A stretch of 64,000 nucleotides of DNA, taken from NCBI RefSeq assembly GCF_048403405.1, contig NZ_CP183129.1. One strand, written 5' to 3'. This stretch comes from Escherichia coli (GTDB lineage Bacteria > Pseudomonadota > Gammaproteobacteria > Enterobacterales > Enterobacteriaceae). A program made the translations under genes and the position numbers. The notes under the pieces were generated by a model that was not told the origin of the DNA, ran no database searches, and saw only the letters and a list, made by a program, of their open reading frames with translations. This document shows positions 36,652-48,100 of the stretch, piece by piece (position 1 is the stretch's first letter; each line of letters begins with the position of its first letter).

Positions 36652-37926
36652 GTGGCAAAAAACATTCAAGCCATTCGCGGCATGAACGATTACCTGCCTG
36701 GCGAAACGGCCATCTGGCAGCGCATTGAAGGCACACTGAAAAACGTGCTCGGCAGCTACGGTTACAGTGAAATCCGCTTGCCGATTGTAGAGCAGACCCC
36801 GCTATTCAAACGTGCGATTGGTGAAGTCACCGACGTGGTTGAAAAAGAGATGTACACCTTTGAGGATCGCAATGGCGACAGCCTGACTCTGCGCCCTGAA
36901 GGGACGGCGGGCTGTGTACGCGCCGGCATCGAGCATGGTCTTCTGTACAATCAGGAACAGCGTCTGTGGTATATCGGGCCGATGTTCCGTCACGAGCGTC
37001 CGCAGAAAGGGCGTTATCGTCAGTTCCATCAGTTGGGCTGCGAAGTTTTCGGTCTGCAAGGCCCGGATATCGACGCTGAACTGATTATGCTCACCGCCCG
37101 CTGGTGGCGCGCGCTGGGTATCTCCGAGCACGTAACTCTTGAGCTGAACTCTATCGGTTCGCTGGAAGCACGAGCCAATTACCGCGATGCGCTGGTGGCA
37201 TTCCTTGAGCAGCATAAAGAAAAGCTGGACGAAGACTGCAAACGCCGCATGTACACTAACCCGCTGCGCGTGCTGGATTCAAAAAATCCGGAAGTGCAGG
37301 CGCTTCTCAACGACGCTCCGGCATTAGGCGATTATCTGGACGAGGAATCTCGTGAGCATTTTGCCGGTCTGTGCAAACTGCTGGAGAGCGCGGGGATCGC
37401 TTACACCGTAAACCAGCGTCTGGTGCGTGGTCTGGATTACTATAACCGTACCGTTTTCGAGTGGGTGACTAACAGTCTCGGCTCCCAGGGCACCGTGTGT
37501 GCAGGCGGTCGTTATGACGGTCTGGTGGAACAACTGGGCGGTCGTGCAACACCGGCTGTCGGTTTTGCGATGGGCCTCGAACGTCTTGTATTGTTAGTAC
37601 AGGCCGTTAATCCGGAATTTAAGGCCGATCCTGTTGTCGATATATACCTGGTGGCTTCAGGTGCTGATACACAATCTGCGGCTATGGCATTAGCTGAGCG
37701 TCTGCGTGATGAATTACCGGGCGTGAAATTGATGACCAACCACGGCGGCGGCAACTTTAAGAAACAGTTTGCCCGTGCTGATAAATGGGGGGCCCGCGTT
37801 GCTGTGGTGCTGGGTGAGTCTGAAGTGGCTAACGGCACAGCAGTAGTGAAGGATTTGCGCTCTGGTGAGCAAACGGCAGTTGCGCAGGATAGCGTAGCCG
37901 CGCATTTGCGCACGTTACTGGGTTAA
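36652..37926 (+). CDS. hisS: Histidine--tRNA ligase
   Basis: 424 aa class II aaRS. Confidence 0.95.
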
Positions 37927-37943
37927 GGAAGGAGAAGGACAGC

Positions 37944-38564
37944 GTGGAAATTTACGAGAACGAAAACGACCAGGTTGAAGCGGTTAAACGCTTTTTTGCT
38001 GAAAATGGCAAAGCCTTGGCTGTTGGGGTGATTTTGGGCGTTGGTGCACTGATTGGCTGGCGCTACTGGAACAGCCATCAGGTTGATTCTGCACGCTCCG
38101 CTTCTCTTGCCTATCAAAATGCGGTTACCGCAGTGAGCGAAGGCAAACCGGATAGCATTCCGGCGGCGGAAAAATTTGCTGCTGAAAATAAAAATACTTA
38201 TGGTGCGCTGGCTTCTTTGGAACTTGCGCAGCAATTTGTTGACAAAAATGAACTAGAGAAAGCTGCCGCCCAGTTACAACAGGGGCTGGCAGACACGAGC
38301 GATGAAAATCTCAAAGCCGTGATAAATCTGCGTCTTGCTCGCGTTCAGGTACAGCTCAAGCAGGCTGATGCCGCGCTGAAAACCCTTGATACCATCAAAG
38401 GTGAAGGGTGGGCTGCCATTGTTGCCGACCTGCGTGGTGAAGCATTGCTGAGCAAAGGTGATAAGCAAGGTGCGCGTAGTGCATGGGAAGCAGGCGTGAA
38501 AAGCGATGTTACTCCGGCACTGAGCGAAATGATGCAGATGAAAATTAATAATTTGTCCATCTGA
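37944..38564 (+). CDS. yfgM: YfgM, membrane-anchored periplasmic TPR-like protein
   Basis: 206 aa, GTG start at 37944, single N-terminal TM. Confidence 0.88.
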   Translation: MEIYENENDQVEAVKRFFAENGKALAVGVILGVGALIGWRYWNSHQVDSARSASLAYQNAVTAVSEGKPDSIPAAEKFAAENKNTYGALASLELAQQFVDKNELEKAAAQLQQGLADTSDENLKAVINLRLARVQVQLKQADAALKTLDTIKGEGWAAIVADLRGEALLSKGDKQGARSAWEAGVKSDVTPALSEMMQMKINNLSI

Positions 38565-38574
38565 GAGGGACCCG

Positions 38575-39753
38575 ATGCAATTGCGTAAATTACTGCTGCC
38601 AGGACTGCTTTCCGTTACCCTTTTAAGCGGCTGTTCGCTGTTTAACAGCGAAGAAGATGTGGTAAAGATGTCCCCATTGCCAACCGTTGAAAACCAGTTT
38701 ACGCCGACCACGGCGTGGAGCACTTCCGTTGGTAGCGGCATTGGCAACTTCTATTCCAATCTTCATCCGGCACTGGCGGACAACGTTGTCTATGCAGCGG
38801 ACCGCGCTGGTTTAGTAAAAGCGCTGAATGCGGATGATGGCAAAGAAATCTGGTCTGTCAGCCTGGCCGAGAAAGATGGCTGGTTCTCTAAAGAGCCTGC
38901 ATTACTTTCTGGCGGTGTGACCGTGTCTGGTGGGCATGTCTACATTGGCAGCGAAAAGGCGCAGGTTTACGCGCTGAATACCAGCGATGGTACTGTGGCA
39001 TGGCAAACTAAAGTCGCGGGTGAAGCACTTTCGCGTCCGGTGGTCAGCGACGGTCTGGTGTTAATCCACACCAGTAACGGTCAGTTACAAGCGCTGAACG
39101 AAGCTGACGGCGCTGTCAAATGGACAGTTAACCTCGATATGCCTTCGCTCTCTTTGCGTGGCGAGTCTGCGCCGGCAACGGCTTTTGGTGCGGCCGTCGT
39201 GGGTGGCGATAATGGTCGCGTCAGCGCAGTGCTGATGGAACAGGGCCAGATGATTTGGCAGCAGCGTATTTCCCAGGCGACCGGTTCAACCGAAATTGAC
39301 CGTCTGAGCGATGTTGACACGACTCCCGTCGTTGTTAACGGCGTTGTTTTCGCGCTGGCCTATAATGGTAACCTGACGGCGCTTGATCTGCGCAGCGGTC
39401 AGATTATGTGGAAACGCGAACTGGGTTCGGTGAATGATTTCATCGTCGACGGCAACCGCATCTATCTGGTCGATCAAAATGACCGGGTGATGGCGTTGAC
39501 CATTGATGGCGGCGTTACGCTGTGGACACAAAGCGATCTGCTGCATCGCCTGCTGACTTCTCCGGTGCTGTATAATGGCAACCTGGTGGTAGGTGACAGC
39601 GAAGGTTATCTGCACTGGATTAACGTCGAAGATGGTCGTTTCGTTGCCCAGCAAAAAGTTGATAGTTCCGGTTTCCAGACTGAACCGGTTGCCGCTGACG
39701 GCAAACTGCTGATCCAGGCAAAAGACGGAACTGTGTACTCTATTACACGTTAA
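38575..39753 (+). CDS. bamB: Outer membrane protein assembly factor BamB (lipoprotein, PQQ beta-propeller)
   Basis: 392 aa, lipobox LSGC. Confidence 0.94.
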   Translation: MQLRKLLLPGLLSVTLLSGCSLFNSEEDVVKMSPLPTVENQFTPTTAWSTSVGSGIGNFYSNLHPALADNVVYAADRAGLVKALNADDGKEIWSVSLAEKDGWFSKEPALLSGGVTVSGGHVYIGSEKAQVYALNTSDGTVAWQTKVAGEALSRPVVSDGLVLIHTSNGQLQALNEADGAVKWTVNLDMPSLSLRGESAPATAFGAAVVGGDNGRVSAVLMEQGQMIWQQRISQATGSTEIDRLSDVDTTPVVVNGVVFALAYNGNLTALDLRSGQIMWKRELGSVNDFIVDGNRIYLVDQNDRVMALTIDGGVTLWTQSDLLHRLLTSPVLYNGNLVVGDSEGYLHWINVEDGRFVAQQKVDSSGFQTEPVAADGKLLIQAKDGTVYSITR

Positions 39754-39773
39754 TCGTCTCTGTCGTTCACTTT

Positions 39774-39811
39774 GAAAACGGCTCCTGGACAGGGGCCGTT
39801 TTCCTGTTTTT
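39774..39811 (+). terminator. Rho-independent terminator after bamB
   Basis: aaaacggc...ggccgtttt hairpin followed by CCTGTTTTT. Confidence 0.6.
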
Positions 39812-39870
39812 AACAACGACACGAATATAGCGTGCGTTGTCTGATGATTTATAAAAATGAGGCTTTAAAC

Positions 39871-41343
39871 ATGGTACCTGTGGTCGCGCTTGTCGGGCGC
39901 CCTAACGTAGGAAAATCCACGTTATTTAACCGTCTAACTCGCACCCGAGATGCGCTGGTTGCGGATTTCCCGGGTCTGACTCGTGACCGTAAGTACGGTC
40001 GTGCAGAAATTGAAGGCCGTGAGTTTATCTGCATTGATACCGGCGGGATTGATGGCACAGAAGACGGTGTAGAAACTCGCATGGCGGAACAGTCGCTGCT
40101 GGCGATTGAAGAAGCGGACGTCGTACTGTTTATGGTGGATGCGCGCGCGGGCCTGATGCCGGCGGATGAAGCGATTGCTAAACATCTGCGCTCCCGTGAA
40201 AAACCGACCTTCCTGGTGGCAAACAAAACTGACGGTCTGGATCCCGATCAGGCAGTGGTTGATTTCTACTCGCTTGGTTTAGGGGAAATCTACCCGATCG
40301 CCGCGTCTCACGGTCGTGGCGTATTAAGTCTGCTGGAGCACGTGCTGCTGCCGTGGATGGAAGATCTCGCACCGCAAGAAGAAGTCGACGAAGACGCCGA
40401 ATACTGGGCGCAATTTGAAGCAGAAGAAAACGGCGAAGAAGAAGAGGAAGATGACTTCGACCCGCAAAGTCTGCCAATCAAACTGGCGATTGTGGGGCGT
40501 CCGAACGTAGGTAAGTCTACACTCACTAACCGTATTCTTGGTGAAGAGCGCGTTGTTGTTTACGACATGCCTGGCACGACGCGTGACAGCATCTACATTC
40601 CAATGGAGCGCGATGGACGTGAGTATGTACTCATTGACACCGCTGGCGTACGTAAACGCGGCAAAATCACCGATGCTGTAGAGAAATTCTCGGTAATCAA
40701 AACGTTGCAGGCCATTGAAGATGCCAACGTGGTGATGTTGGTGATTGACGCCCGCGAAGGTATTTCCGATCAGGATCTCTCGCTGCTGGGCTTTATTCTC
40801 AATAGTGGGCGCTCACTTGTCATTGTGGTGAATAAGTGGGATGGCCTGAGCCAGGATGTGAAAGAGCAGGTGAAAGAAACGCTGGACTTCCGTCTGGGCT
40901 TTATCGATTTTGCTCGTGTGCACTTTATCTCTGCCTTGCACGGCAGTGGTGTTGGTAACTTGTTTGAATCAGTGCGTGAAGCGTATGACAGCTCCACCCG
41001 TCGTGTGGGGACCTCTATGCTGACGCGCATCATGACGATGGCTGTTGAAGATCACCAACCGCCGCTGGTACGCGGTCGTCGTGTGAAGCTGAAATATGCC
41101 CACGCCGGTGGTTATAACCCGCCGATTGTGGTGATTCATGGTAACCAGGTGAAAGACCTGCCTGATTCCTACAAGCGTTACCTGATGAACTACTTCCGCA
41201 AATCGCTGGACGTAATGGGATCGCCGATTCGTATTCAGTTCAAAGAAGGGGAAAACCCGTATGCGAACAAGCGTAATACCCTGACGCCAACCCAGATGCG
41301 CAAGCGTAAGCGCCTGATGAAGCATATCAAGAAAAGTAAGTAA
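39871..41343 (+). CDS. der: Ribosome-associated GTPase Der/EngA (tandem GTPase domains)
   Basis: 490 aa from ATG 39871; two G1 motifs GRPNVGKST. Confidence 0.95.
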   Translation: MVPVVALVGRPNVGKSTLFNRLTRTRDALVADFPGLTRDRKYGRAEIEGREFICIDTGGIDGTEDGVETRMAEQSLLAIEEADVVLFMVDARAGLMPADEAIAKHLRSREKPTFLVANKTDGLDPDQAVVDFYSLGLGEIYPIAASHGRGVLSLLEHVLLPWMEDLAPQEEVDEDAEYWAQFEAEENGEEEEEDDFDPQSLPIKLAIVGRPNVGKSTLTNRILGEERVVVYDMPGTTRDSIYIPMERDGREYVLIDTAGVRKRGKITDAVEKFSVIKTLQAIEDANVVMLVIDAREGISDQDLSLLGFILNSGRSLVIVVNKWDGLSQDVKEQVKETLDFRLGFIDFARVHFISALHGSGVGNLFESVREAYDSSTRRVGTSMLTRIMTMAVEDHQPPLVRGRRVKLKYAHAGGYNPPIVVIHGNQVKDLPDSYKRYLMNYFRKSLDVMGSPIRIQFKEGENPYANKRNTLTPTQMRKRKRLMKHIKKSK

Positions 41344-41405
41344 TCACTTATCTGGTTTCCCTTTCCACACGGAGAGGGAAACCGAATAACACGCGAGGAG
41401 TATTT

Positions 41406-41621
41406 ATGGCACTCAACTGTCCAACCTGCAAAACCCCTCTCGAACGCAATGGCGAGACTGCCCACTGTGCAACTTGCGACAAAGACTTTACCGTCCAGGC
41501 ACTTTGCCCTGAGTGTCATCAGCCGTTACAAGTGTTAAAAGCTTGTGGTGCTGTGGACTATTTTTGCCAACATGGGCACGGTTTAATATCTAAAAAACGC
41601 GTTGAATTTGTTATTGCTTAA
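41406..41621 (+). CDS. yfgJ: Zinc-ribbon protein YfgJ
   Basis: 71 aa with CPTC...CATC...CPEC...CQHGH. Confidence 0.88.
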   Translation: MALNCPTCKTPLERNGETAHCATCDKDFTVQALCPECHQPLQVLKACGAVDYFCQHGHGLISKKRVEFVIA

Positions 41622-41830
41622 TATCATGTGAATATATTGTTTTATCATTTATATTTAATATGTGAATGGTAAAACAATCTGTTATTAGTGGAATAACTAA
41701 TGTAATTGAGTGAAATCACTAATTTAAATAATTAAGAATATATTTATTCTTTATGACATGCCTTTCTGAATAATCAGGGATACAATATTAAAGCTTATTT
41801 TTGACTGTATCATTGTCACAGGGAAAGTGC
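41622..41830 (+). promoter_or_regulatory. AT-rich upstream region of sinH-like gene (candidate promoter / nucleoid-protein silencing region)
   Basis: About 200 bp with very high A+T, at the island's left junction. Confidence 0.45.
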
Positions 41831-44008
41831 ATGCTGCGATGGAAACGCTGTATTATTCTAACATTTATCTCTGGTGCTGCTTTCGCGGCACCAGAGATAA
41901 ATGTTAAGCAAAACGAATCGTTACCTGATTTAGGTAGCCAGGCAGCACAGCAGGATGAACAAACCAACAAGGGTAAATCGCTGAAAGAGCGCGGAGCCGA
42001 TTACGTCATCAACTCCGCCACGCAAGGGTTTGAAAACTTGACCCCTGAGGCGCTGGAATCTCAGGCCAGAAGCTATCTGCAAAGTCAAATCACCTCAACC
42101 GCACAATCTTATATTGAAGACACACTCTCTCCCTACGGTAAGGTCCGTTCGAACCTCTCCATTGGCCAGGGCGGCGATCTGGATGGCAGTTCCATCGATT
42201 ATTTTGTTCCCTGGTACGATAATCAAACCACTGTTTATTTCAGTCAATTTTCTGCGCAGCGAAAAGAAGATCGTACAATCGGGAATATTGGTCTTGGGGT
42301 AAGACATAATTTTAATGAATGGTTATTGGGTGGAAATATATTTTATGATTATGATTTTACCCGAGGACATCGCCGTTTAGGTTTAGGCGGCGAAGCGTGG
42401 ACTGATTATTTAAAATTCTCTGGCAACTATTATCATCCGCTTTCTGACTGGAAAGACTCTGAAGATTTCGACTTTTATGAAGAACGCCCTGCGCGCGGCT
42501 GGGATATTCGTGCCGAAGCCTGGTTACCTTCTTATCCGCAACTGGGAGGCAAAGTTGTCTTCGAGCAATATTACGGCGATGAAGTCGCCCTTTTTGGTAC
42601 GGATAATTTGGAGAAAGATCCCTACGCGGTAACACTTGGACTGAATTATCAACCGGTGCCATTACTAACCGTTGGGGCGGACTATAAAGCGGGGACCGGA
42701 GATAACAGCGATGTCAGCATTAATGCCACTCTTAATTATCAGTTCGGCGTTCCGCTAAAAGATCAATTGGATAGCGATAAAGTGAAAGCGGCTCACTCGT
42801 TGATGGGCAGTCGTCATGATTTTGTTGAGCGTAATAACTTTATTGTTCTGGAATACAAAGAAAAAGATCCGCTTGATGTCACCCTGTGGTTAAAAGCGGA
42901 TGCCACCAACGAGCACCCTGAGTGCGTCATTAAGGACACTCCCGAAGCGGCCGTCGGGCTGGAAAAATGTAAATGGACCATTAACGCGCTTATCAACCAC
43001 CACTACAAAATTGTCGCTGCGTCATGGCAGGCGAAAAACAATGCTGCCCGCACGCTGGTTATGCCGGTTATCAAAGAGAATACCCTGACAGAGGGTAACA
43101 ATAACCACTGGAACCTGGTGCTGCCCGCCTGGCAGTACAGCTCTGACAAAGCCGAACAAGAAAAACTCAATACCTGGCGAGTACGTCTGGCACTGGAAGA
43201 TGAAAAGGGTAACCGACAGAACTCTGGCGTGGTGGAAATCACCGTTCAGCAGGACCGTAAAATAGAGTTGATTGTTAATAACATCGCGAACGTGCCGGAA
43301 GAGAACAACCACAGCCACGAAGCCAGCGCTCAGGCAGATGGCGTTGATGGTGTGGTGATGGATCTCGATGTAACCGACAGCTTTGGCGATAACACCGACC
43401 GCAATGGCGATGCGCTGCCGGAAGATAACCTCACGCCGCAGCTTTACGACGCGCAGGACAAACGAGTGACGTTAACCAACAAGCCTTGCTCGACCGACAA
43501 CCCCTGCGTTTTTATCGCTAAACAAGATAAAGAAAAGGGCACTGTCACCCTCTCCAGTACCTTACCCGGCACCTATCGCTGGAAAGCAAAAGCTGCGCCC
43601 TACGACGACAGTAACTATGTGGATGTCACTTTCCTCGGGGCAGAAATTGGTGGGCTAAATGCATTTATCTATCGTGTGGGGGCAGCTAAACCCAGCAACC
43701 TGATAGGTAAAGATAAAGAACCGCTGCCGCTCAACAACACTTATCGATTTGTTTTGTGGCGTGACAGCAATAAAGACGGTGTCTTCCAGCAGGTCGAAAA
43801 ACTGACTGACGAAGAGATGGCGCAGTACGACTACAAGTGGGAATTTACCGGCAAGAGCATCAATGGTGAAGTGGGTGCACAGGCGAACACTTCCAATGAG
43901 GACATTGTGATTCCGGCCACTAACCGCGAAGCAGCGCAAACCTATGGCGCACAAGCGGGAGATGGCTTGCAGGGATACGGTTTACGCGTGCTGTATACCA
44001 AAAAATAA
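41831..44008 (+). CDS. sinH: Inverse autotransporter (intimin/invasin family) adhesin, SinH-like
   Basis: Signal peptide MLRWKRCIILTFISGAAFA; inverse-autotransporter beta-barrel-like segment (GNIGLGVRHNF...NIFYDYDFTRGHRRLGLGGEAW); C-terminal passenger; start 41831 preferred over ORF-track 41801. Confidence 0.8.
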   Translation: MLRWKRCIILTFISGAAFAAPEINVKQNESLPDLGSQAAQQDEQTNKGKSLKERGADYVINSATQGFENLTPEALESQARSYLQSQITSTAQSYIEDTLSPYGKVRSNLSIGQGGDLDGSSIDYFVPWYDNQTTVYFSQFSAQRKEDRTIGNIGLGVRHNFNEWLLGGNIFYDYDFTRGHRRLGLGGEAWTDYLKFSGNYYHPLSDWKDSEDFDFYEERPARGWDIRAEAWLPSYPQLGGKVVFEQYYGDEVALFGTDNLEKDPYAVTLGLNYQPVPLLTVGADYKAGTGDNSDVSINATLNYQFGVPLKDQLDSDKVKAAHSLMGSRHDFVERNNFIVLEYKEKDPLDVTLWLKADATNEHPECVIKDTPEAAVGLEKCKWTINALINHHYKIVAASWQAKNNAARTLVMPVIKENTLTEGNNNHWNLVLPAWQYSSDKAEQEKLNTWRVRLALEDEKGNRQNSGVVEITVQQDRKIELIVNNIANVPEENNHSHEASAQADGVDGVVMDLDVTDSFGDNTDRNGDALPEDNLTPQLYDAQDKRVTLTNKPCSTDNPCVFIAKQDKEKGTVTLSSTLPGTYRWKAKAAPYDDSNYVDVTFLGAEIGGLNAFIYRVGAAKPSNLIGKDKEPLPLNNTYRFVLWRDSNKDGVFQQVEKLTDEEMAQYDYKWEFTGKSINGEVGAQANTSNEDIVIPATNREAAQTYGAQAGDGLQGYGLRVLYTKK

Positions 44009-44062
44009 GATTGGCGTAAGGCCAGTCGGCCAGTCGCTGAAGGTTCATTAAGGAGAGCATCA

Positions 44063-45040
44063 ATGAAGCAGGATAAAAGACGCGGTCTGACCCGGATCGC
44101 ATTGGCGCTGGCACTGGCAGGTTATTGTGTGGCACCTGTGGCGCTGGCGGAAGAAAGCGCCTGGGTCGACAGCGGCGAAACCAATATTTTCCAGGGAACC
44201 ATTCCGTGGCTCTATTCGGAAGGGGGAAGCGCTACGACAGATGCCGACCATGTAACGTTGACTTCAGATCTAAAAGGCGCTCGCCCGACAGGTAGTGAAA
44301 CGGACAAGCGTCTTTACTCGGGTGATAAATTAACCGTAAGTTGGGAAATTGGTGATACCGAAGGCGACGTGGATCTTGGGGGATTGGGCGATAACGCAAA
44401 GACTATCGATACTATCCGCTGGATGAGCTACAAGGACGCTCAGGGTAACGATCCAAAAGAGCTGGTAACGAAGGTGACCAGTTACACCCTTACCGATGCC
44501 GACCGTGGTCGTTATATCGGTATTGAAATTACGCCAACCACGCAGACCGGTACGCCAAACGTCGGGAATGCGCTGCATCTTTATGACATTTCCACTGCCA
44601 GCGGCGGCGGAAGCGACAGCGACAACGTTGCGCCAGGGCCGGTGGTTAACCAGAACCTGAAAGTCGCCATCTTTGTTGATGGTACCAGTATCAACCTTAT
44701 CAACGGCAGCACGCCAATCGAACTTGGCAAAACCTACGTGGCCAAACTGTACTCGGATGAGAACAAAAACGGCAAGTTTGATGCGGGTACCGATGCTGAC
44801 GTTACCGCCAATTATGACTTCCGTTGGGTACTTTCTGGCAGCAGCCAGCAGCTCGGCACCTCGGGTGGTATCGTTAACTCAAGCTTCGATAATAACAATC
44901 TGGTCATCCCTGCGACCAACGAAGACGCCAGAACCAACCTTAACGGCCCTGCGCGCGATGGTAAAGAAGCTCTTACCATCCCGACCAACGGCGACGGGGT
45001 ACAGGGGTACAAACTTCACATTATTTACAAACACAAATAA
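44063..45040 (+). CDS. sinI: Secreted protein SinI-like (signal peptide; shares C-terminal domain with SinH-like passenger)
   Basis: 325 aa, signal peptide ending VALA; C-terminal ~95 aa align with SinH-like C-terminus (VIPATN...DG.QGY.L...Y.K). Confidence 0.65.
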   Translation: MKQDKRRGLTRIALALALAGYCVAPVALAEESAWVDSGETNIFQGTIPWLYSEGGSATTDADHVTLTSDLKGARPTGSETDKRLYSGDKLTVSWEIGDTEGDVDLGGLGDNAKTIDTIRWMSYKDAQGNDPKELVTKVTSYTLTDADRGRYIGIEITPTTQTGTPNVGNALHLYDISTASGGGSDSDNVAPGPVVNQNLKVAIFVDGTSINLINGSTPIELGKTYVAKLYSDENKNGKFDAGTDADVTANYDFRWVLSGSSQQLGTSGGIVNSSFDNNNLVIPATNEDARTNLNGPARDGKEALTIPTNGDGVQGYKLHIIYKHK

Positions 45041-45048
45041 CGCGTACT

Positions 45049-45085
45049 CAGCAGCATTCCCGCAAGGGAATGCTGTTTCCGCATA
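45049..45085 (+). terminator. Hairpin/terminator after sinI-like gene
   Basis: cagcattccc-gcaa-gggaatgctg followed by TTTCCGCATATTTT. Confidence 0.5.
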
Positions 45086-45116
45086 TTTTGCTTAATCCCG
45101 GATTAAGCAAAATATG
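45082..45116. promoter_or_regulatory. 35-bp perfect palindrome upstream of giant gene
   Basis: catattttgcttaatcc-c-ggattaagcaaaatatg, 17-bp arms around a single central base, ~45 bp upstream of start codon. Confidence 0.45.
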
Positions 45117-45160
45117 TTGATGCGACAAGCGTCCGTTTAACAACCGGTGGAGTTTCTGTC

Positions 45161-48100
45161 ATGTCCCTGACCCTGAATAAAATCCTTGTGTTATGCGCAT
45201 TGCTGATAAGCGCAATGCTGCCTGGGTGGTCATGGGCAGAATCTGCATGGCAAGACTCTTCAGATACGGTCGGCGAATTTAACGGTACCGTGCCCACCGC
45301 CGACAGTGCCAGCATACCCGTCTACCAGGGCAGTGTCTTTCTGGATCCTGCAAAGACGCATGAGGTAGCGTTTACCGCTAAACCGAGTGAATTCAGCGCG
45401 GATATTAGCGTCTCTAAATTGCTCGTCACCAATCCGCAAGACAGAGAAGGCGATATCATTTCCACCCCACGTTGGGAAAACCAAACGCCACCGACAGTAT
45501 CTTTAGTTTGGGCGGATGCCGCGACGCCGGACACCTTACTGGACCCACAGCCAGTCGCAGATCGCTCGTTTTGCGCTCAGGGACTTGCCGGGCGTTCGCT
45601 GGTCGCCTGGGCGCAGCCTGATCCCCAACAGACCATGCCGCTGTTATATTTACTCACCTCGACGGGCTATCCCTATGAAAGTGTTCTGACGCTCGCCGAT
45701 CAGAAAGTGACGCTGAAGATTGCGCCCGCGCAGGGTGACCTTATTTCCGTCAGCGCCGCGGGCTATGACGAATCCTCCGGTGCGGCGAAAACGACGGTTG
45801 GCGGCAGTATCACGTTAACGGTCACCACCAAAGATTGCGTCGGTAATGTTGTGGGGAATATTCCTTTTGTTATCAAACGCAAAGATGCTGAAAACCGCCA
45901 GGGTGTGGTGAACAATACTGCGCCGGTAAAACTGGGCACGACCGAATTAACCACCACCGCGACGGAATATCGTGGTACTACCGATGCGAATGGTGTTGCC
46001 ACGGTTACGGTCACCCAGGCCAACGGCCCTGGTGTAAAAACGCCGTTGGTCGCGAGCCTTGCGGGTATTGCTCAGGCCAGTGAAACGGCAGTGATCTTTA
46101 CCGTCCTCACCAGCCCGGATGTCCCGCAGGCTACAATGTGGGGTCATATGCCCGATACGCTGAAGGCCCGTGATTACACTTTTAGTCGACCAAAACTGGC
46201 GGCGGAAGTCGATAATGAAGACGGTACGGTTAACGATCACAATGAAACCTGGTCCACCTTTACCTGGAGCGGCGCGGATAAACATTGCGACATTTTGCCC
46301 GGAATGCGTCAGTTCGGTGCGCTGGCGACGGTGGTGCCAACGTCAGTGCAGGATGTGGCTGGTTGGCCGATGCAGGGTAATTTCTACTGGTCATCACTGG
46401 CGGGGATGAGTGGCCAGCACCATGCGGCGGATGTTTCGAACCGCAGCGAAGCGCAAAAACCGGACGATACGACGTTTATTGTGAGCTGTGTCGATAAAGA
46501 AGCGCCCGATGTTGAACCGAAGCTGGTACTGACGCCGGGCAGTTATGATTCGACGATAAAAGCGATGAAAGTAAAGGTGGGGGAAGAGGCTTCTTTACGC
46601 CTGACGATTACCGATAGCAAGAACAACGATCAGCCGCTGGCGTACTACTACTTTTCGCTGCATCTGGATGACGGCGTTAACCGTAAGAATCAAACTGACA
46701 CCGCGTGGCAGGCGAATCCGGTACAAATAGCGGGCGGCAGTAATGTCCATCAGGTTGACGCGCATACCTATGAAGGGATCACTGATGCTAACGGAGAGGC
46801 CTCTCTGACGCTGACCCAGCCAGGCGGTGTGGGGGTGAAAACTCACATCACCGCGAGAATGCGCAGCGATTTTACCGCCTCGGATGAGAAAGACGTTATT
46901 TTTACGGTGATCACCAGCCCTGATTCCGACAAAGCGCGGATGTGGGGACATATGTTGGGCATTATTGAAGCGAATAATATCTTTAAACGCCCACGGCTGG
47001 CGGATGAAACCGACAACGAACTGGGAGCAGTGCGGGAAAATAACGAAGACTGGGCGCTGTTTGATCAGAATAGCAGTATGCAGGCTGAGTGTGGTTTAGG
47101 TCATATTCCGAGCCAAAGCTCATTGCACAGTTTGTTTGCCGCACATCCAGCCAATGTCATCGGCACCGAATATGGCTGGCCAACGTTGCAAAAAGCGTAT
47201 CTTAGTGCGGTGGAAGAGACGTCGCACGCGTCGGTGAACCTGGCCACGGGCAACATCGACACCTATTCCGGCTTTAAGCAAAACTACCTTTCTTGTTCGG
47301 GCAATGAGATGGTCGCCCAGATTGCTGCGACCACCGATCATGATGTTTCCACAAGCAGCAGAGCGCAGGCTAAAGTGGGTGAAACGATTACCATGACGGT
47401 ACGCACCTTTAATGCCTTGAATAATGCGCCCGTGCCGTATACCGCGTTCACCATCACTAAAGATATGGGGAAAAATCGTCAGGGGCAGAGCACGGGTTTC
47501 GATGATCCAACCCGCGGCGCAATCGAGATGAATGGCACGCTCTACGGAACATCGCAACCGTCTTTAGTCTATGCAGGTACTACGGATGCGCAGGGTTTTG
47601 CTACTGTGGAAATTAAGCAACCGCAAGGTGTGGGCTTAGCGACGCCGCTGAATATTGCGCCTGTAAACTCCTATATTCCCAATACTGTTAATTACAATGT
47701 GATTTTCACTACGCTCACCAGTCCGGATGCGGTTGGCGCGCAGATGTGGGGGCATATGGATGAGACGATTACCGTCGATGCATTAACCTTTGCCCGACCC
47801 CGGCTGGCTGCGGAAGTGTCCAGCCCGGACGGCACATTAACGGAAAATAACGAAGTGTGGTCGCGCGTTAGCCAGGCCAACACTTCCAGCACCAGTAAAG
47901 GTGGCTGTGGTGCCAATATGCTCCCACGCCGTTCCCAGCTTAACGCGCTCTATGATGCTAACAGCGGTAACGCCGTTCAAACGGTACACGGTTGGCCAAC
48001 GCAGCGTCAGCCCTACTGGAGCAGTTCGCCCGCGGATCAGGTGCCGCATTACTACACCATAGCCCTCAACGATGGCGCGCGGACCGTTGGCGGTAGCACG

